A stretch of 62,261 bases of DNA, counting the filler. It is 3 parts of 3 records of this genome, joined end to end, with 100 filler letters (N's around TTAATTAATTAA, not from the genome) between each part and the next. Parts side by side here need not be neighbours in the genome. Positions count along the whole stretch, not along the records: positions 16,263 to 39,454 come from DRR378314_1696; 2 more parts are not named here. One strand, written 5' to 3'. Shown here in pieces: positions 20,768 to 31,964 of the stretch. The notes beneath the pieces were generated by a model. The model worked only from the letters and a program-made list of their open reading frames with translations, was not told the origin of the DNA and did no database searches. Position 1 is the stretch's first letter. Each line of letters begins with the position of its first letter. Both the position numbers and the translations under genes were made by a program.

Positions 20768-21819
20768 CACATCTGTGGGTCCGCGCCGAGCAGCGCGAGA
20801 ATGAAACACGCGTCGGCATCACGCCCGAAGGTGTCAGCACCCTGATGGCGCAGGGGATCACTGTCACGGTAGAGGCTTGCGGCACACGCGCCATTGAAAC
20901 CGCCGATTATGTCGCCACAGGCTGCGCCATTGCGGCGATGCATTCATGGCTGGATGCGCCGGAAGATGCGATCATCTTTGGCCTCAAGGAACTGCCCGAG
21001 GATGGCACACCGCTGCGCCATACCCACATCATGTTCGGCCATGCTTTCAAGGGGCAGATTTCCGGCCAGATCCTGCTGCGCCGGTTTCAGGCGGGCGGCG
21101 GCATCCTGCTGGATCTGGAATATCTGACCAATGACACGGGCCGACGCGTCGCCGCCTTTGGCTATTGGGCCGGATTTGCAGGCGCGGCTGTTGCCCTGAA
21201 ATCATGGGCCGCCCAACAGCGCGGCACGATTTGCGCCCCCGTCAGCCCCTACGCCAATGCTGAGGCGCTGAAAACCGATCTGGCCCGCGACATGCAGGCG
21301 GCGGGCAGTGCCCCAACCGCCCTGATCATCGGGGCCTTGGGCCGTGTGGGTACCGGTGCTGCGGATCTGTGCAAGGCGATGAATGCCCCTGTCACCGGCT
21401 GGGACATGAAGGAAACCGCCCATGGCGGCCCTTTCCCGGAGATCCTGTCCCATGACATCTTTCTCAACTGCATCCTTGCCGGTCCGCAAACCCCCGTGTT
21501 TGTGCCAAAATCCGCATTAACCGCACCGCGCAACCTTAGCGTCATCGGTGATATCGCCTGCGACCCCGACAGCGACTACAACCCCGTGCCAGTCTATGAC
21601 CGCGCCACCACCTGGACCGCCCCTGCCTTGCGGGTGCATGAGGAACCGGTGATGGATGTGATGGCCATCGACAATCTGCCGTCGATGTTGCCGCTGGAAA
21701 GCTCACAGGACTTCGCCGGTCAACTGCTGCCCACCCTGTCACAACTGGACGGGGACCAGGACGGCGTTTGGGCGCGGGCGCGGGCAACCTTTGCCACCCA
21801 TATGGCCGCGCTCGGTTAG
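20764..21819 (+). CDS. Saccharopine dehydrogenase (NAD+, L-lysine-forming; Lys1-like)
   Basis: HLWVRAEQR, GLKELP, DLEYL...RRVAAFGYWAG, IGALGRVG, IDNLPSMLP. Confidence 0.9.
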   Translation: MTHLWVRAEQRENETRVGITPEGVSTLMAQGITVTVEACGTRAIETADYVATGCAIAAMHSWLDAPEDAIIFGLKELPEDGTPLRHTHIMFGHAFKGQISGQILLRRFQAGGGILLDLEYLTNDTGRRVAAFGYWAGFAGAAVALKSWAAQQRGTICAPVSPYANAEALKTDLARDMQAAGSAPTALIIGALGRVGTGAADLCKAMNAPVTGWDMKETAHGGPFPEILSHDIFLNCILAGPQTPVFVPKSALTAPRNLSVIGDIACDPDSDYNPVPVYDRATTWTAPALRVHEEPVMDVMAIDNLPSMLPLESSQDFAGQLLPTLSQLDGDQDGVWARARATFATHMAALG

Positions 21820-22547
21820 CTAAAAATGCGGTAGTACAGCCAGTCGGGCAGGAATTGGCTACCGCGAAACAGCAATGAAAACAGCCACGGAAAGCTTTTC
21901 TTGAAGCTTTCCGTGTTCATATGTTCGAACACTTCGCCCGCCGCTTCATCCGCTTCCATCAGGAACGGCATTTTGAAATCGTTCTTGGCCGTCAGCTGTG
22001 TTTTGATAAATCCGGGATTCACCACCTGAACCTGAACACCGGTTTTGCGCAGATCCGCATGCATCGATTCCGCCAGCGACATTGTGCCCGCCTTGGACGC
22101 CGTATACCCGACTGATCCGGGCAGGCCGCGAAAACCCGTCAGGCTGGAGGTGATTACAATATGTCCCGCGTCCCGCGCCACCATCGCCGGCACCACCTGC
22201 CCCATCACCCGCATCAAGCCGGTAAAGTTGATATCGGCCATCGCCACCGCCTGATCCGCGTCCCATTCCTTGGCACCGAACGGCCAATAGACACCGGCCA
22301 GATAAACCACACCATCCACGGTGCCCACCGCAGCAGCGGCCGCTTTCACGCTTTCGTTGTCGGCCACGTCCATCGTTTGATAACTGGCCTTGCCCGGCAA
22401 TGCAGCGACCAAATCCGCCAGTTTATCCTCGGACCGTGCCGACAGGATCACCTCCGCCCCTGCCCGGTTCAGCTTTTGCGCCAATGCCGCGCCCAGCCCA
22501 TCACTGGCCCCAACCAACCAATAGCGTTTGCCTTGCCACTCTTTCAT
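21816..22547 (-). CDS. Short-chain dehydrogenase/reductase
   Basis: GASDGLG NAD motif, YTASK catalytic motif, NPGFIKT; start at 22547 or 22550. Confidence 0.9.
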   Translation of the reverse strand: MKEWQGKRYWLVGASDGLGAALAQKLNRAGAEVILSARSEDKLADLVAALPGKASYQTMDVADNESVKAAAAAVGTVDGVVYLAGVYWPFGAKEWDADQAVAMADINFTGLMRVMGQVVPAMVARDAGHIVITSSLTGFRGLPGSVGYTASKAGTMSLAESMHADLRKTGVQVQVVNPGFIKTQLTAKNDFKMPFLMEADEAAGEVFEHMNTESFKKSFPWLFSLLFRGSQFLPDWLYYRIFS

Positions 22548-22582
22548 CATTCCCCCTTTGGCCGCATCCCTGCCGCCATCAT
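22547..22582 (-). pseudogene. 11-codon bridging mini-ORF (MMAAGMRPKGE), possible deletion scar of a DUF3833 gene
   Basis: Starts in ATGA overlap with the MFS stop and its stop overlaps the SDR start; occupies the position of the missing gene of this operon type. Confidence 0.4.
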
Positions 22583-23817
22583 TCCCGTTCACTGTCGCGC
22601 ACTGTTACCAGCAGGGCAATTGCGGCCAGTTTCAAGACACAGGGCACCGCCGCATAAAACAGCACCAAAAGCCGCACCGCATCCGGCGGGTTGGCCTGTC
22701 CACCGCTTTGCAGCCCTGCGCGTTCCAATGCAGGAAGTAGGGCGACAGCTGCAAATGCCAATGTGAATTTTGACACAAAGGCCCAAAGCCCGAACCCTTC
22801 CGCCGCAGAAGGGGATATTTTCGCCAGCCGCGCTGCAAACATCGCTGGCAGCAGGGTCAGGTCCGCGCCCAGCACCGCCCCCGAGGCCACACAGACCAGC
22901 GCGAAAAGCGGCACGTCCCCCGGCCCCAGCAGGACCGCGCCGCCAAAGGCAAATATCCCCAGTACCATGGCGCAAAGCAGCACAGGTTTCGGGCCAAACC
23001 GCTCTGCCAGCCTTCCCCAAAGCGGGGCCGCACCCGCAGCGGACAGAAAGAACAACAGCAACAGCGCCCCTTCCCAACCGGGGGCCTCCAGCGCGATCTC
23101 GACATAGAACAAAAACAAGGTTGAGCTGACCGCAACAGGGGCCGCATTGACCAGCGCGATCAACAGCAATTTTCGCGCAATCGGGTCTGCCAGCACGGGG
23201 CCAAACCCGGTCGACGCCGCCACGCCTGTGCTGTGCCATTCGCCCCGCATGGCAAACACCGACAGCCCTGCCAGAACCGCAAACCCCACCGCGAACCCCG
23301 CAAAGGGCGCACCCATCACAGCGCCCAACGCCACCGGCGTGACCGACGCGACGCAGACCCCCAAAAGCGCTCCTGTCTCGCGCCAACGGGCCAGAGCCAG
23401 ATGCCCAGTTGCCCCCATGCCATCCGCCTTGGCGACCCCTTGGGCGTAAAAACAGATGGTCAGGAAACTGAAGGCTGAAAATACCATTGTCAGCATCGCC
23501 CCGAACCACAGGATCGGACGGACGGGCGGCGCAATCGCGAATAATCCAATCATCGCGGTGGCCATCACCCCCGCGCCAATGCCAACCGCCACACCCCGCC
23601 TGTGGCGCAGCTTTTCCGCCAGTTTGCCCAACAGCGGGTCCTGCACAACATCCAGCAAACGCAGCCCGAACAAAACCGCCCCAAGTGCGGCCAGCGACAC
23701 CCCGTATTCATCAACATAGAACTTGGGCGCATGAATATAAATCGGCAACCCCGCCGCTGAAAGCAACGCAGCAAACAGCGCATAGGCAGACAGGTTCCGC
23801 GGTGCCCCTGCCCTCAT
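22579..23817 (-). CDS. MFS transporter (GPH/MelB-like)
   Basis: About 12 hydrophobic segments, RLLDVVQDPLLG, FGLWAFVSK. Confidence 0.88.
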   Translation of the reverse strand: MRAGAPRNLSAYALFAALLSAAGLPIYIHAPKFYVDEYGVSLAALGAVLFGLRLLDVVQDPLLGKLAEKLRHRRGVAVGIGAGVMATAMIGLFAIAPPVRPILWFGAMLTMVFSAFSFLTICFYAQGVAKADGMGATGHLALARWRETGALLGVCVASVTPVALGAVMGAPFAGFAVGFAVLAGLSVFAMRGEWHSTGVAASTGFGPVLADPIARKLLLIALVNAAPVAVSSTLFLFYVEIALEAPGWEGALLLLFFLSAAGAAPLWGRLAERFGPKPVLLCAMVLGIFAFGGAVLLGPGDVPLFALVCVASGAVLGADLTLLPAMFAARLAKISPSAAEGFGLWAFVSKFTLAFAAVALLPALERAGLQSGGQANPPDAVRLLVLFYAAVPCVLKLAAIALLVTVRDSERE

Positions 23818-24572
23818 CGGCTCACGTCTGAAGAAGGCGGTTCAGGCCGGTTGCGAAACCCCGCACCTTTCCACCACAGCTTGGCCGCCTGCCAATGGAT
23901 CAACGCCAGCACGCGGCGTGATCCGAAAGGCCGGCGAACCATCGCCTTGAGAATACCAAAGCTGCTGAGCTTTTGCCGCTTGCCCGTCAGCGTCGCGATC
24001 AAACCGCCCTGACCTGCCGTGTAGTCAATCCAGATGCCCAGCTTTTCATCGGTGATATCAAAGCGAAACGTATAGCTACCCGCAACCGGCTGAAACGGCG
24101 AGACGTGAAAAATCTTGGTCGCGCTGATCTGGTCGGTCGCGTTAATCGCCCGCTGATCCGGGTGGGCGCAAAGGTAGCAATGCCGGTCGCCATAGGTATT
24201 GGACACCTCCGCAATCACGGTGATCAACCCACCGTGGCTGTTGCGGCAAAGCCAGAAACTGACCGGGTTAAACACATGGCCCAGGATGCGCGGCTGCGCC
24301 AGGATCTCGATCTGTTCAACACCGGTAATCTGATGTTCCTGCAACACCTGCCGGACCCACTTGGCCCCGGTTCCCTGTTTCGGGGCACCGCCGTGATCTG
24401 CGTCCTGCAATGAGGCCAATCCGACCCTGTTACGCCCGAACAGCGCAGGCGTCTGCACTTCGGCCTCTGCGTCGCAGAGCACATAGTCGATCGAATACCG
24501 AAAGGCGTTTTTCACGGCACCCTTGCGCCCGTGAAACGTCTGCCCCGCGATATGATCAACGGTTTTTTTCAT
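23814..24572 (-). CDS. DUF1365 family protein (UfaO-like)
   Basis: PRILGHVFNPVSFW, AEVSNTYG, KIFHVSPF, IHWQAAKLWWKG. Confidence 0.9.
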   Translation of the reverse strand: MKKTVDHIAGQTFHGRKGAVKNAFRYSIDYVLCDAEAEVQTPALFGRNRVGLASLQDADHGGAPKQGTGAKWVRQVLQEHQITGVEQIEILAQPRILGHVFNPVSFWLCRNSHGGLITVIAEVSNTYGDRHCYLCAHPDQRAINATDQISATKIFHVSPFQPVAGSYTFRFDITDEKLGIWIDYTAGQGGLIATLTGKRQKLSSFGILKAMVRRPFGSRRVLALIHWQAAKLWWKGAGFRNRPEPPSSDVSR

Positions 24573-25885
24573 TCCGCCGCAATCGGCAGGGCCGCCCGCC
24601 GTTCAATGGCCTCAACAACCGTCATCGCCGACTTCAACCCGTCCTCGTGAAACCCGTGGCCCATCCACGCACCGCAGAACCATGTGCCACGTGCGCCGTT
24701 AAAGGCCGCCACTTCCTTCTGCGCCGCCAAGGCACCCAGATCATAAACCGGATGGCGCAGGGTGACCTGATCATAGATCAATTCCTCGCGGATGGCGCGT
24801 TTGGTGTTCAGCGTCACAAAATGCGGGTCATTTTCGGGGATCGGTTGCAGGGAGTTCATCCAATAGGTCAGATCAATCCGGTCCGACTGCGCCTTCCTGT
24901 CCTCGGTATAGACCCAGGAGGCCCAGGTTTTGCGCCGCTTGGGCATGATGCTGGCATCCGCATGCAGAACAACATCGTTCGGCTGGTATTTCACCGCGCC
25001 CAGTGCCTTTTGTTCGGCGCCATCCGCGTCTGTCAGCATGGCAAGACTGTCGTCGGAATGGGTGGCAAAGACCACCTCGTCGAAACGCTCCCATTCGCCG
25101 CCCCATGTTTTCACCTCGACACCCGCATCGCTGCGGCGCACCCCCTGCACGGCGGCGTTCAGACGAATATCAACACCTTTCGCAACCATCGCCGCCTCAA
25201 GCCGCTGCACATATTGTGTCGAACCGCCCTGCACCGTGTACCATTGATGCTGGCCTGAATAGTCAAGCAGCGCGTGATTGTTCAGGAAACTGACCATGGC
25301 ATGCGCCGGGAAATCCATGATTTTCTGTGTCGGTGTTGACCAGATCGCGCCGGACAGGGGTGCCAGATAATAATCGCGGAAATACCGGCCCAGCCCCAAC
25401 ACCTTGATGAACTCCGCAATCGTCAGCGATTGATCCCGCGCCACCCGCACCGCGTTTTTGTTAAACTTCACAATGTCGCGCACCATGCGCAAAAATGCAG
25501 GGTTCACAGCATTGCGCCGCTGGGCAAATATCGCATCCACAGAATGCAACGCATATTCCATCCGCCCGCCGTCAATTGACGCGCCAAAGCTCATGTCGGA
25601 TTTGATCACCGGCACGTCCAACTCATTAAACAGGGCCGCCAGACGCGGATAATTCGCATAGTTGAACACGATAAACCCGGTATCCACCGGTTGATCGCCA
25701 TTTTTACCCGCCACCACCGTACGCGCATGCCCACCCAGCCGCGCACCGCTTTCAAACAGGGTAACATTATGCGAGGCGGTCAAGCGATGTGCAGCCCCCA
25801 TACCGGAGATGCCAGCGCCGATAACGGCGATGGAACGGTGCCCGGGAGTGGGCAATTGGGGAGAAGCTTGTTTGTCAAATGGCAT
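24569..25885 (-). CDS. FAD/NAD(P)-binding oxidoreductase (UfaD-like fatty acid desaturase)
   Basis: IGAGISG, RLGGHART, VDTGFIVFN, CGAWMGHGFHEDG; coupled to DUF1365; start set at MPFDK. Confidence 0.88.
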   Translation of the reverse strand: MPFDKQASPQLPTPGHRSIAVIGAGISGMGAAHRLTASHNVTLFESGARLGGHARTVVAGKNGDQPVDTGFIVFNYANYPRLAALFNELDVPVIKSDMSFGASIDGGRMEYALHSVDAIFAQRRNAVNPAFLRMVRDIVKFNKNAVRVARDQSLTIAEFIKVLGLGRYFRDYYLAPLSGAIWSTPTQKIMDFPAHAMVSFLNNHALLDYSGQHQWYTVQGGSTQYVQRLEAAMVAKGVDIRLNAAVQGVRRSDAGVEVKTWGGEWERFDEVVFATHSDDSLAMLTDADGAEQKALGAVKYQPNDVVLHADASIMPKRRKTWASWVYTEDRKAQSDRIDLTYWMNSLQPIPENDPHFVTLNTKRAIREELIYDQVTLRHPVYDLGALAAQKEVAAFNGARGTWFCGAWMGHGFHEDGLKSAMTVVEAIERRAALPIAAE

Positions 25886-26003
25886 AAAAGGAGAAATCCT
25901 GTTCTGGCGCGTCAGCGGTCTGTCGTTGCGATGCATCTAGTGCGTTGGAGCCACGATGCCAGAAGGAAAAGAGTTGCATGTAAATTTTGCTAAGCTGCAT
26001 GTA

Positions 26004-26019
26004 GTTAAGCTTTGCTTAA
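26004..26019 (-). promoter_or_regulatory. CtrA-type binding site
   Basis: Minus strand TTAA-GCAAAGC-TTAAC = exact TTAA-N7-TTAAC, intergenic in GC-rich DNA. Confidence 0.6.
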
Positions 26020-26085
26020 GGACCGTGGGCGGCACCAGACAAAGGCCGCCTTTGTCACGCCCCTAGCAGGCGGAGGCAACGAGAC

Positions 26086-27327
26086 TTAAGTATCGGGCTT
26101 TAACAAAGGCACAACACTGCTGGCCGGCTTATCTTCCGCCAGCTCTTCAAAATCAAAGTTATGCAGCCGCCCGGAACGTTTCGCCGCTTTCTCTGAACTG
26201 ATCAGGATTTCATCAACGTCTTTACGCGCCTGCCCGAAATGCCGGTCCAGATTGCCCACCCGTGTTACCAGACGTTCAACATCGCTGTTCAACAGCCCCA
26301 GCTCCTTGCGGATCGCCCCGGCCTGTTCACGCATCCGCGCGTCTTTCAGGATCGCCCGCATGGTGTTCAATGTCGCCATGCAGGTGGTCGGCGACACGAT
26401 CCAGACACGTTTTTCAAAACCGTAGCGCGTGATCTCGCCAAAGTTTGCGTGCAGCTCGGCATAGACCGCCTCGGACGGCAGGAACATCAACGCCCCGTCT
26501 GCGGTTTCCCCTTCGATGATGTATTTGGCCGCAATCGCGTCGATATGGGTTTTCACCGCCACCCGCATCGCCCGTGCGGCTTCCTTCACCTCGTAATCCG
26601 TGGTGGCGCGACGCAGGGCCTCATAAGCCTCCAGCGGGAATTTACTGTCGATCACAATCGGTCCCGGCGGGTTGGGCAGATGGATCAGACAGTCGGGCCG
26701 CTTGCCATTGGAAAGCGTCGATTGCATCGAATAGGCATCCGTCGGCAGCGCCTTGGACACGATATCATGCAGCTGGATTTCCCCGAAACTGCCGCGTGTC
26801 TGTTTGTTGCTCAGGATGTCCTGCAAGGACAGCACGTCACCGGAAAGCTTGGTGATATTGTCCTGCGCTTTGTCAATCGAGGCCAGCCGTTCCTGCAATT
26901 GGGTCAGGCTGGTGGTGGTCTGTTTGGAACTGCCATGCAGGGTTTCGTTCATCCGCTCCTGCATCTCGGCCAGCGCCCGCGCGGATCGCGCCGCATTATC
27001 CGCCAGCCGGTCCTGCATGTTCTGCTGCACATGAGCCAACCGCGCCTCCATGCTCTGAATCAACTGGGTCTGCGCATTGGCTTGCGTGTCCGACACGGTC
27101 TGCAACCCGCCTTGCAAGCGCTCCTGCGCCGCGCCCAATTGCTGCACATAGCCACCAAGCCCCTGAATTTGCTGCCCCAACGGGGCCGCCATCCGCGCCG
27201 ATCGGCCCGCCGCTCGCACCGCGACAATCAACAGGACAAGGATCAATAACACCACCGCCCCCGCGATAAGGGCGGCAATCACAAGGGGATCATCCCATTG
27301 GTAGGTTTGTCCGTTAATCTGGATCAT
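26086..27327 (-). CDS. rmuC: DNA recombination protein RmuC
   Basis: N-terminal TM plus coiled coil, [38 protein letters not shown]. Confidence 0.93.
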   Translation of the reverse strand: MIQINGQTYQWDDPLVIAALIAGAVVLLILVLLIVAVRAAGRSARMAAPLGQQIQGLGGYVQQLGAAQERLQGGLQTVSDTQANAQTQLIQSMEARLAHVQQNMQDRLADNAARSARALAEMQERMNETLHGSSKQTTTSLTQLQERLASIDKAQDNITKLSGDVLSLQDILSNKQTRGSFGEIQLHDIVSKALPTDAYSMQSTLSNGKRPDCLIHLPNPPGPIVIDSKFPLEAYEALRRATTDYEVKEAARAMRVAVKTHIDAIAAKYIIEGETADGALMFLPSEAVYAELHANFGEITRYGFEKRVWIVSPTTCMATLNTMRAILKDARMREQAGAIRKELGLLNSDVERLVTRVGNLDRHFGQARKDVDEILISSEKAAKRSGRLHNFDFEELAEDKPASSVVPLLKPDT

Positions 27328-29159
27328 GTCCGCCCGAAAAGCCGTTCAATATCGGCAAGTTTGAGTTCTACATAGGTGGGGCGGCCATGGTTGCACTGCC
27401 CCGAATGCGGTGTTGCTTCCATCTCGCGCAGCAGCGCGTTCATCTCTTCGCCCCGCATCCGCCGGCCCGACCGGATCGAACCGTGACAGGCAATCCGGCT
27501 TAGGATCGCTTCGATCTTGGCCTGCAACAGGTTGCTGTCGTTCTGATCCGCCAGTTCGTCCAGAATATCCAGCAGCAGGGCGCGCGCGTTTACCTCGCCC
27601 AGAATCGCCGGCGTTTCGCGCACCGCAATGGCGCTGCCGCCAAAGGCTTCGATGCCCAGACCAAAACGGTACATTTCAACCGACAGGTCTAGCAGACGTT
27701 CACAATCACCCGCAGAGAGTTCCACAATTTCGGGGATCAGCAGGGCCTGTGCGGCCACGCCGTTCTCTGCCATCTGGCGTTTCAGTTTTTCATAAACCAG
27801 ACGTTCATGGGCGGCGTGTTGATCCACAATCACCATGCCATTGGCGGTCTGCGCGATGATATAGTTTTCATGCACCTGCCCGCGTGCGGTGCCCAGTGGG
27901 AAATCCTCATCCGCCGTTTGCACAACCTCTTCTGCCGGCGTTTCGACCCGCCCCCAGACACCTGCGGTTTCCGCAAACCCCGGTGCCTGTGCCTCATAAG
28001 CGGCGGTGCGTGCGCCCAGTGACGGGCGGTCCATCTGATAGACCCGCGCCTGTGTCGGTTCCGGTGTCATCGCGCCCAGGGTCGCCCCCGCCACCGTGGT
28101 CGAGGCCCGATGCCCCGCATTGGCCAAAGCATGACGCAGCGCCGATACGATCAGGCCCCGTGCCAGACCCGGATCGCGAAACCGCACTTCGGATTTGGCG
28201 GGATGCACGTTCACATCCACCAGTGTCGGATCACAGTCGATAAACAGCGCCGCCGCCGGATGACGGTCGCGTGACAGGAAATCGAAATAGGCCCCACGCA
28301 GCGCCCCGACCAACAGCTTGTCGCGCACAGGCCGCCCGTTGACGAAGAGGTATTGCGCCACCGCTGACCCACGTGAATAGGTTGGCAGTGCCGCAAATCC
28401 GGTCAGGTGCAGCCCCTCACGTTCGGCATCAATCTGCAAGGCATTATCGGCAAATTCGCGCCCCAGCACCTGCGCCAACCGGCCATGCAACGCGTCAAAC
28501 AGATCACCCTGTTCTGCCCCGACACGAAACACATTGCGCCCCTCGCCACCACCCGAGACATCGCGCAGGGTAAAGCTGACAAACGGGTCCGCCATGGCCA
28601 GCCGTTTGACAACATCGCCAATTGCCTGCGCCTCTGCCCGGTCGGTGCGCAGGAATTTCAGCCGCGCGGGCGTGGCGTAAAACAGATCCCGCAGGGTCAC
28701 CACAGTACCGCCATTCAGCGCGGCCGGTTTGACCGCACCGGTCTGTCCGCCATTCACCGTGATTTCCGCGCCCTCATGACCCGCCGCGCGGCTGGTGATG
28801 GTCAAGCGGCCAACAGCGCCCAGTGATGGCAAAGCCTCGCCACGAAACCCGAAAGTATGGATATTCAACAGGTCGGACCCGTCGATTTTAGAGGTGGCAT
28901 GGCGCGACAAGGCCAGTGGCAGATCATTCGGCGCAATGCCACAGCCGTCATCAGTCACGCGGATCAGCGTCTTGCCGCCATCGGCATATTCAACGGTGAT
29001 CCGCTTGGCGCCGGCATCGACCGCGTTTTCCACCAGTTCCTTCACCGCAGAGGCAGGTCGTTCGACCACTTCGCCCGCCGCGATCCGGTTGATCGCGGAA
29101 TCGTCCAACTGACGGATGACCGGCTGTGTATCGCTTATGTTGGGGTTTGGCTGGGACAT
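27324..29159 (-). CDS. mutL: DNA mismatch repair endonuclease MutL
   Basis: [40 protein letters not shown]; start trimmed to MSQPNP. Confidence 0.97.
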   Translation of the reverse strand: MSQPNPNISDTQPVIRQLDDSAINRIAAGEVVERPASAVKELVENAVDAGAKRITVEYADGGKTLIRVTDDGCGIAPNDLPLALSRHATSKIDGSDLLNIHTFGFRGEALPSLGAVGRLTITSRAAGHEGAEITVNGGQTGAVKPAALNGGTVVTLRDLFYATPARLKFLRTDRAEAQAIGDVVKRLAMADPFVSFTLRDVSGGGEGRNVFRVGAEQGDLFDALHGRLAQVLGREFADNALQIDAEREGLHLTGFAALPTYSRGSAVAQYLFVNGRPVRDKLLVGALRGAYFDFLSRDRHPAAALFIDCDPTLVDVNVHPAKSEVRFRDPGLARGLIVSALRHALANAGHRASTTVAGATLGAMTPEPTQARVYQMDRPSLGARTAAYEAQAPGFAETAGVWGRVETPAEEVVQTADEDFPLGTARGQVHENYIIAQTANGMVIVDQHAAHERLVYEKLKRQMAENGVAAQALLIPEIVELSAGDCERLLDLSVEMYRFGLGIEAFGGSAIAVRETPAILGEVNARALLLDILDELADQNDSNLLQAKIEAILSRIACHGSIRSGRRMRGEEMNALLREMEATPHSGQCNHGRPTYVELKLADIERLFGRT

Positions 29160-29257
29160 GCCGCAAAACCTAGCATGAGCGCGGCGCAGACTGAACCCGA
29201 TTCGGACCGCTTGATCGACAAGAAACCCACCTAACCACGCGGTAAGAGGATGCCCGC

Positions 29258-30481
29258 CTAGTCCGAGGTCGCTGCCTTGTACCAAGCCACAATCTGCGCC
29301 CTCTCGCTCTCTTGCATGTAGCTCAGGTTCGCCGGCGGCATGGCATGGGTCAGCCCGGCTTGCAGGTAAATCTGCTTGGCTGCCATGGCAATCTGATGCT
29401 CCGTTTCCAGCCGCACGCCCTTGGGCGGCCAGTGCATCCCGTCCCAGACAGGCTCTGCCGCATGGCACATGGAACAACGGCCAGTGACGATATTCTGCAC
29501 CGTCTCAAACCCTTCAGCCTGCGCAAACCGCAGCGCCGCACCCTGTGCCTCCTCTGGCTCATCCGCGCGGAACATCGGCGCAGTCGACAGCCACATGATC
29601 ACGACAAACAGGATCGCGGTCACCAGCCATGTCCAGATCGGATCCCCTTTGCGCATGTGGATCGTGTTGAAGTAATGGCGGATCGTGACACCCATCAGAA
29701 ACACCAGCGACGCGATAATCCAATTCGCCTCAGAGGCGAAAGCCAGCGGATAGTGGTTCGACAACATCATGAAGATCACTGGCAGCGTCAGATAGTTGTT
29801 ATGGGTGCTGCGCTGCTTGGCGATCTTGCCGTATTTCGCATCCGGTGTACGCCCCGCTTGCAGGTCTGCCACCACAATGCGCTGGTTCGGCATGATGGTG
29901 AAAAACACATTGCCCGACATGATCGTCGCGGTGAACGCCCCAAGGTGCAACAGCGCCGCACGGCCCGAAAAAACGCTGGTGTAGAAATAGGCCATGGCGA
30001 CAAGGATTACGTAAAGCCCGATCATCAGGCGGGTGTTGTCATCGCCGAATTTGCTTTTGCAGATAAAGTCATAGGCCAGCCAACCAAAGGCCAGTGAGGC
30101 CAGCGAGATCAAGATGGCGGTGGGGATGCCAATGTCTGCCACGGCGGGATCGACAAGGTAAAATTCCGCACCGAAGTAATAGACCAGGATCAGTAGGGCA
30201 AAGCCGGAAAGCCATGTGGAATAGCTTTCCCATTTGAACCAGACCAGATCGTCGGGCATCTGTGCGGGCGCAACAAGGTATTTCTGAATGTGATAAAACC
30301 CGCCACCGTGGACCTGCCATTCCTCGCCGTCCGCGCCGCTTTTCAGGTTGCGGTCACGGTGCAGCCCAAGGTCCAGCGCGATGAAATAAAACGACGATCC
30401 GATCCATGCGATGCCCACAATGACATGCACCCAGCGGACAGCGAATTCGATCCAGGTAGAGATGGCAGCAAGGTCGTACAT
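29258..30481 (-). CDS. puuD: Membrane urate hydroxylase/oxidase PuuD with C-terminal cytochrome c
   Basis: [38 protein letters not shown], heme motif CSMCH. Confidence 0.92.
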   Translation of the reverse strand: MYDLAAISTWIEFAVRWVHVIVGIAWIGSSFYFIALDLGLHRDRNLKSGADGEEWQVHGGGFYHIQKYLVAPAQMPDDLVWFKWESYSTWLSGFALLILVYYFGAEFYLVDPAVADIGIPTAILISLASLAFGWLAYDFICKSKFGDDNTRLMIGLYVILVAMAYFYTSVFSGRAALLHLGAFTATIMSGNVFFTIMPNQRIVVADLQAGRTPDAKYGKIAKQRSTHNNYLTLPVIFMMLSNHYPLAFASEANWIIASLVFLMGVTIRHYFNTIHMRKGDPIWTWLVTAILFVVIMWLSTAPMFRADEPEEAQGAALRFAQAEGFETVQNIVTGRCSMCHAAEPVWDGMHWPPKGVRLETEHQIAMAAKQIYLQAGLTHAMPPANLSYMQESERAQIVAWYKAATSD

Positions 30482-30589
30482 GGGTGTGCTTTCTTGGGTG
30501 GGGCGTATGTAGGTGCTGTGGCGCAGCAGTATTTAAGGCCAAAAAGAGATAGGACCGCGCGGGCAGATACCGGCGCGGTCCCGATTGGA

Positions 30590-31909
30590 TCAGGTTTCCT
30601 GTGGCAGGACAAGGTTCAGAAAGATCGCCACAATTGCAGTTGGTGCCACCGCCGAGGTCGCCAGAATTTTGACGACACCGGGCAGGTATTGCACCGCCGT
30701 CGGCACGAGGTTCAGACCCAGACCCGCCGCCAGTGATACCGCGATGATCACCATATTGCGGCGGTTCATCTCAACTTCGGACAGCATGTTCATCCCTGCG
30801 GCCGCCACCATGCCGAACATCACAATCACACCACCGCCCAAGACGGGCAGGGGCATTGAGGCGATGACAGCGCCGATTTTTGGCACCAGCCCGCAGAGGA
30901 TCAGAACAATCGCGCCAATGGTCACCACATGGCGCGACATGATGCCGGTCATGCCAACGATGCCGACATTCTGGCTGAAGGAGGTATTGGGCAGCCCGCC
31001 AAAGACACCGGCAACCGCCGTGCCCAGACCATCCGCATAGGTGGCACCGGCGATTTCTTCGCTGGTCGCCTCACGACCTGCACCGGCTTTGGTGGTGGCC
31101 GAGGTATCGCCAACTGTTTCGATTGCGGAAACAATCGAAACCAATGTGACCGCGATCACCGCCCCTAGCGAGAATTCAAAACCATAGGGGAAAGGCGTGA
31201 TGCCGGTGATCCAGCTGGCCTTGGCCACCGGTGCAAAGCTGACCATGCCAAAGGCCAGCGCGATCAGATAGCCCACGATCAGGCCAATCAGGATGGCCGC
31301 ACTGCTGGTGGTGCCTTTGGTAAAGAACTTAAGCACAAGGGCCACGACCACCACGCTTAGCGCCACGGTCCAATGCATCAGGGAGCCGAAGCTTTCCGCT
31401 TCCATCTGGAACGGTGCGGCACCACCAGCGGCATATTTGATGGCAACCGGGATCAGGTAGAGGCCAATCGCAAGGATCACCAAACCGGTGATCAGCGGCG
31501 GGAACAGCCAGCGCAGCTTGCCAATCACCGCACCGAGACAGAAGTGGATCACCCCGCCGATGATACAGGCGGTCAGCGCCACACCCAGACCCTGCACCGC
31601 AGCAATCCCGGCCAATACCCCCACAAAGGCAAAGCTGGTGCCCTGCATAATCGGCAGGCGCGCCCCGATGGGGCCAATGCCAACAGTCTGGAACAGGGTC
31701 GCAACGCCAGCAAAAAGCATCGCCATCTGGATCAGATACACCTGTTCCGCACTGCCAAAGGCAAGCCCTGCAGCTCCCGCCACAATAATCGAAGGCGTCA
31801 CGTTAGAGGCGAACATCGCCAAGACATGCTGCACCCCAAGCGGAATCGCCTGCGCCAAAGGTGGCGTCTGGTTCGGGTCGCTATAGGCACCCGTCGCTAG
31901 ATTTGTCAT
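30590..31909 (-). CDS. Nucleobase:cation symporter-2 (xanthine/uracil/urate permease)
   Basis: QHVLAMF, NAT signature SFSQNVGIVGMTG, PVLGG. Confidence 0.93.
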   Translation of the reverse strand: MTNLATGAYSDPNQTPPLAQAIPLGVQHVLAMFASNVTPSIIVAGAAGLAFGSAEQVYLIQMAMLFAGVATLFQTVGIGPIGARLPIMQGTSFAFVGVLAGIAAVQGLGVALTACIIGGVIHFCLGAVIGKLRWLFPPLITGLVILAIGLYLIPVAIKYAAGGAAPFQMEAESFGSLMHWTVALSVVVVALVLKFFTKGTTSSAAILIGLIVGYLIALAFGMVSFAPVAKASWITGITPFPYGFEFSLGAVIAVTLVSIVSAIETVGDTSATTKAGAGREATSEEIAGATYADGLGTAVAGVFGGLPNTSFSQNVGIVGMTGIMSRHVVTIGAIVLILCGLVPKIGAVIASMPLPVLGGGVIVMFGMVAAAGMNMLSEVEMNRRNMVIIAVSLAAGLGLNLVPTAVQYLPGVVKILATSAVAPTAIVAIFLNLVLPQET

Positions 31910-31964
31910 AAGTTCTGTCCCTGTTTTCTGTCTTTTTTAGTGCCTATTTTTTAGGCTACGAAAG

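Noticed and set aside
29160-29477. N-terminal extension of MutL in the ORF track (similar extensions for puuE, deoC, oadA, susD2, GST)
   Set aside because: Most overlap neighbouring genes; family homology and, where visible, an RBS support the downstream starts
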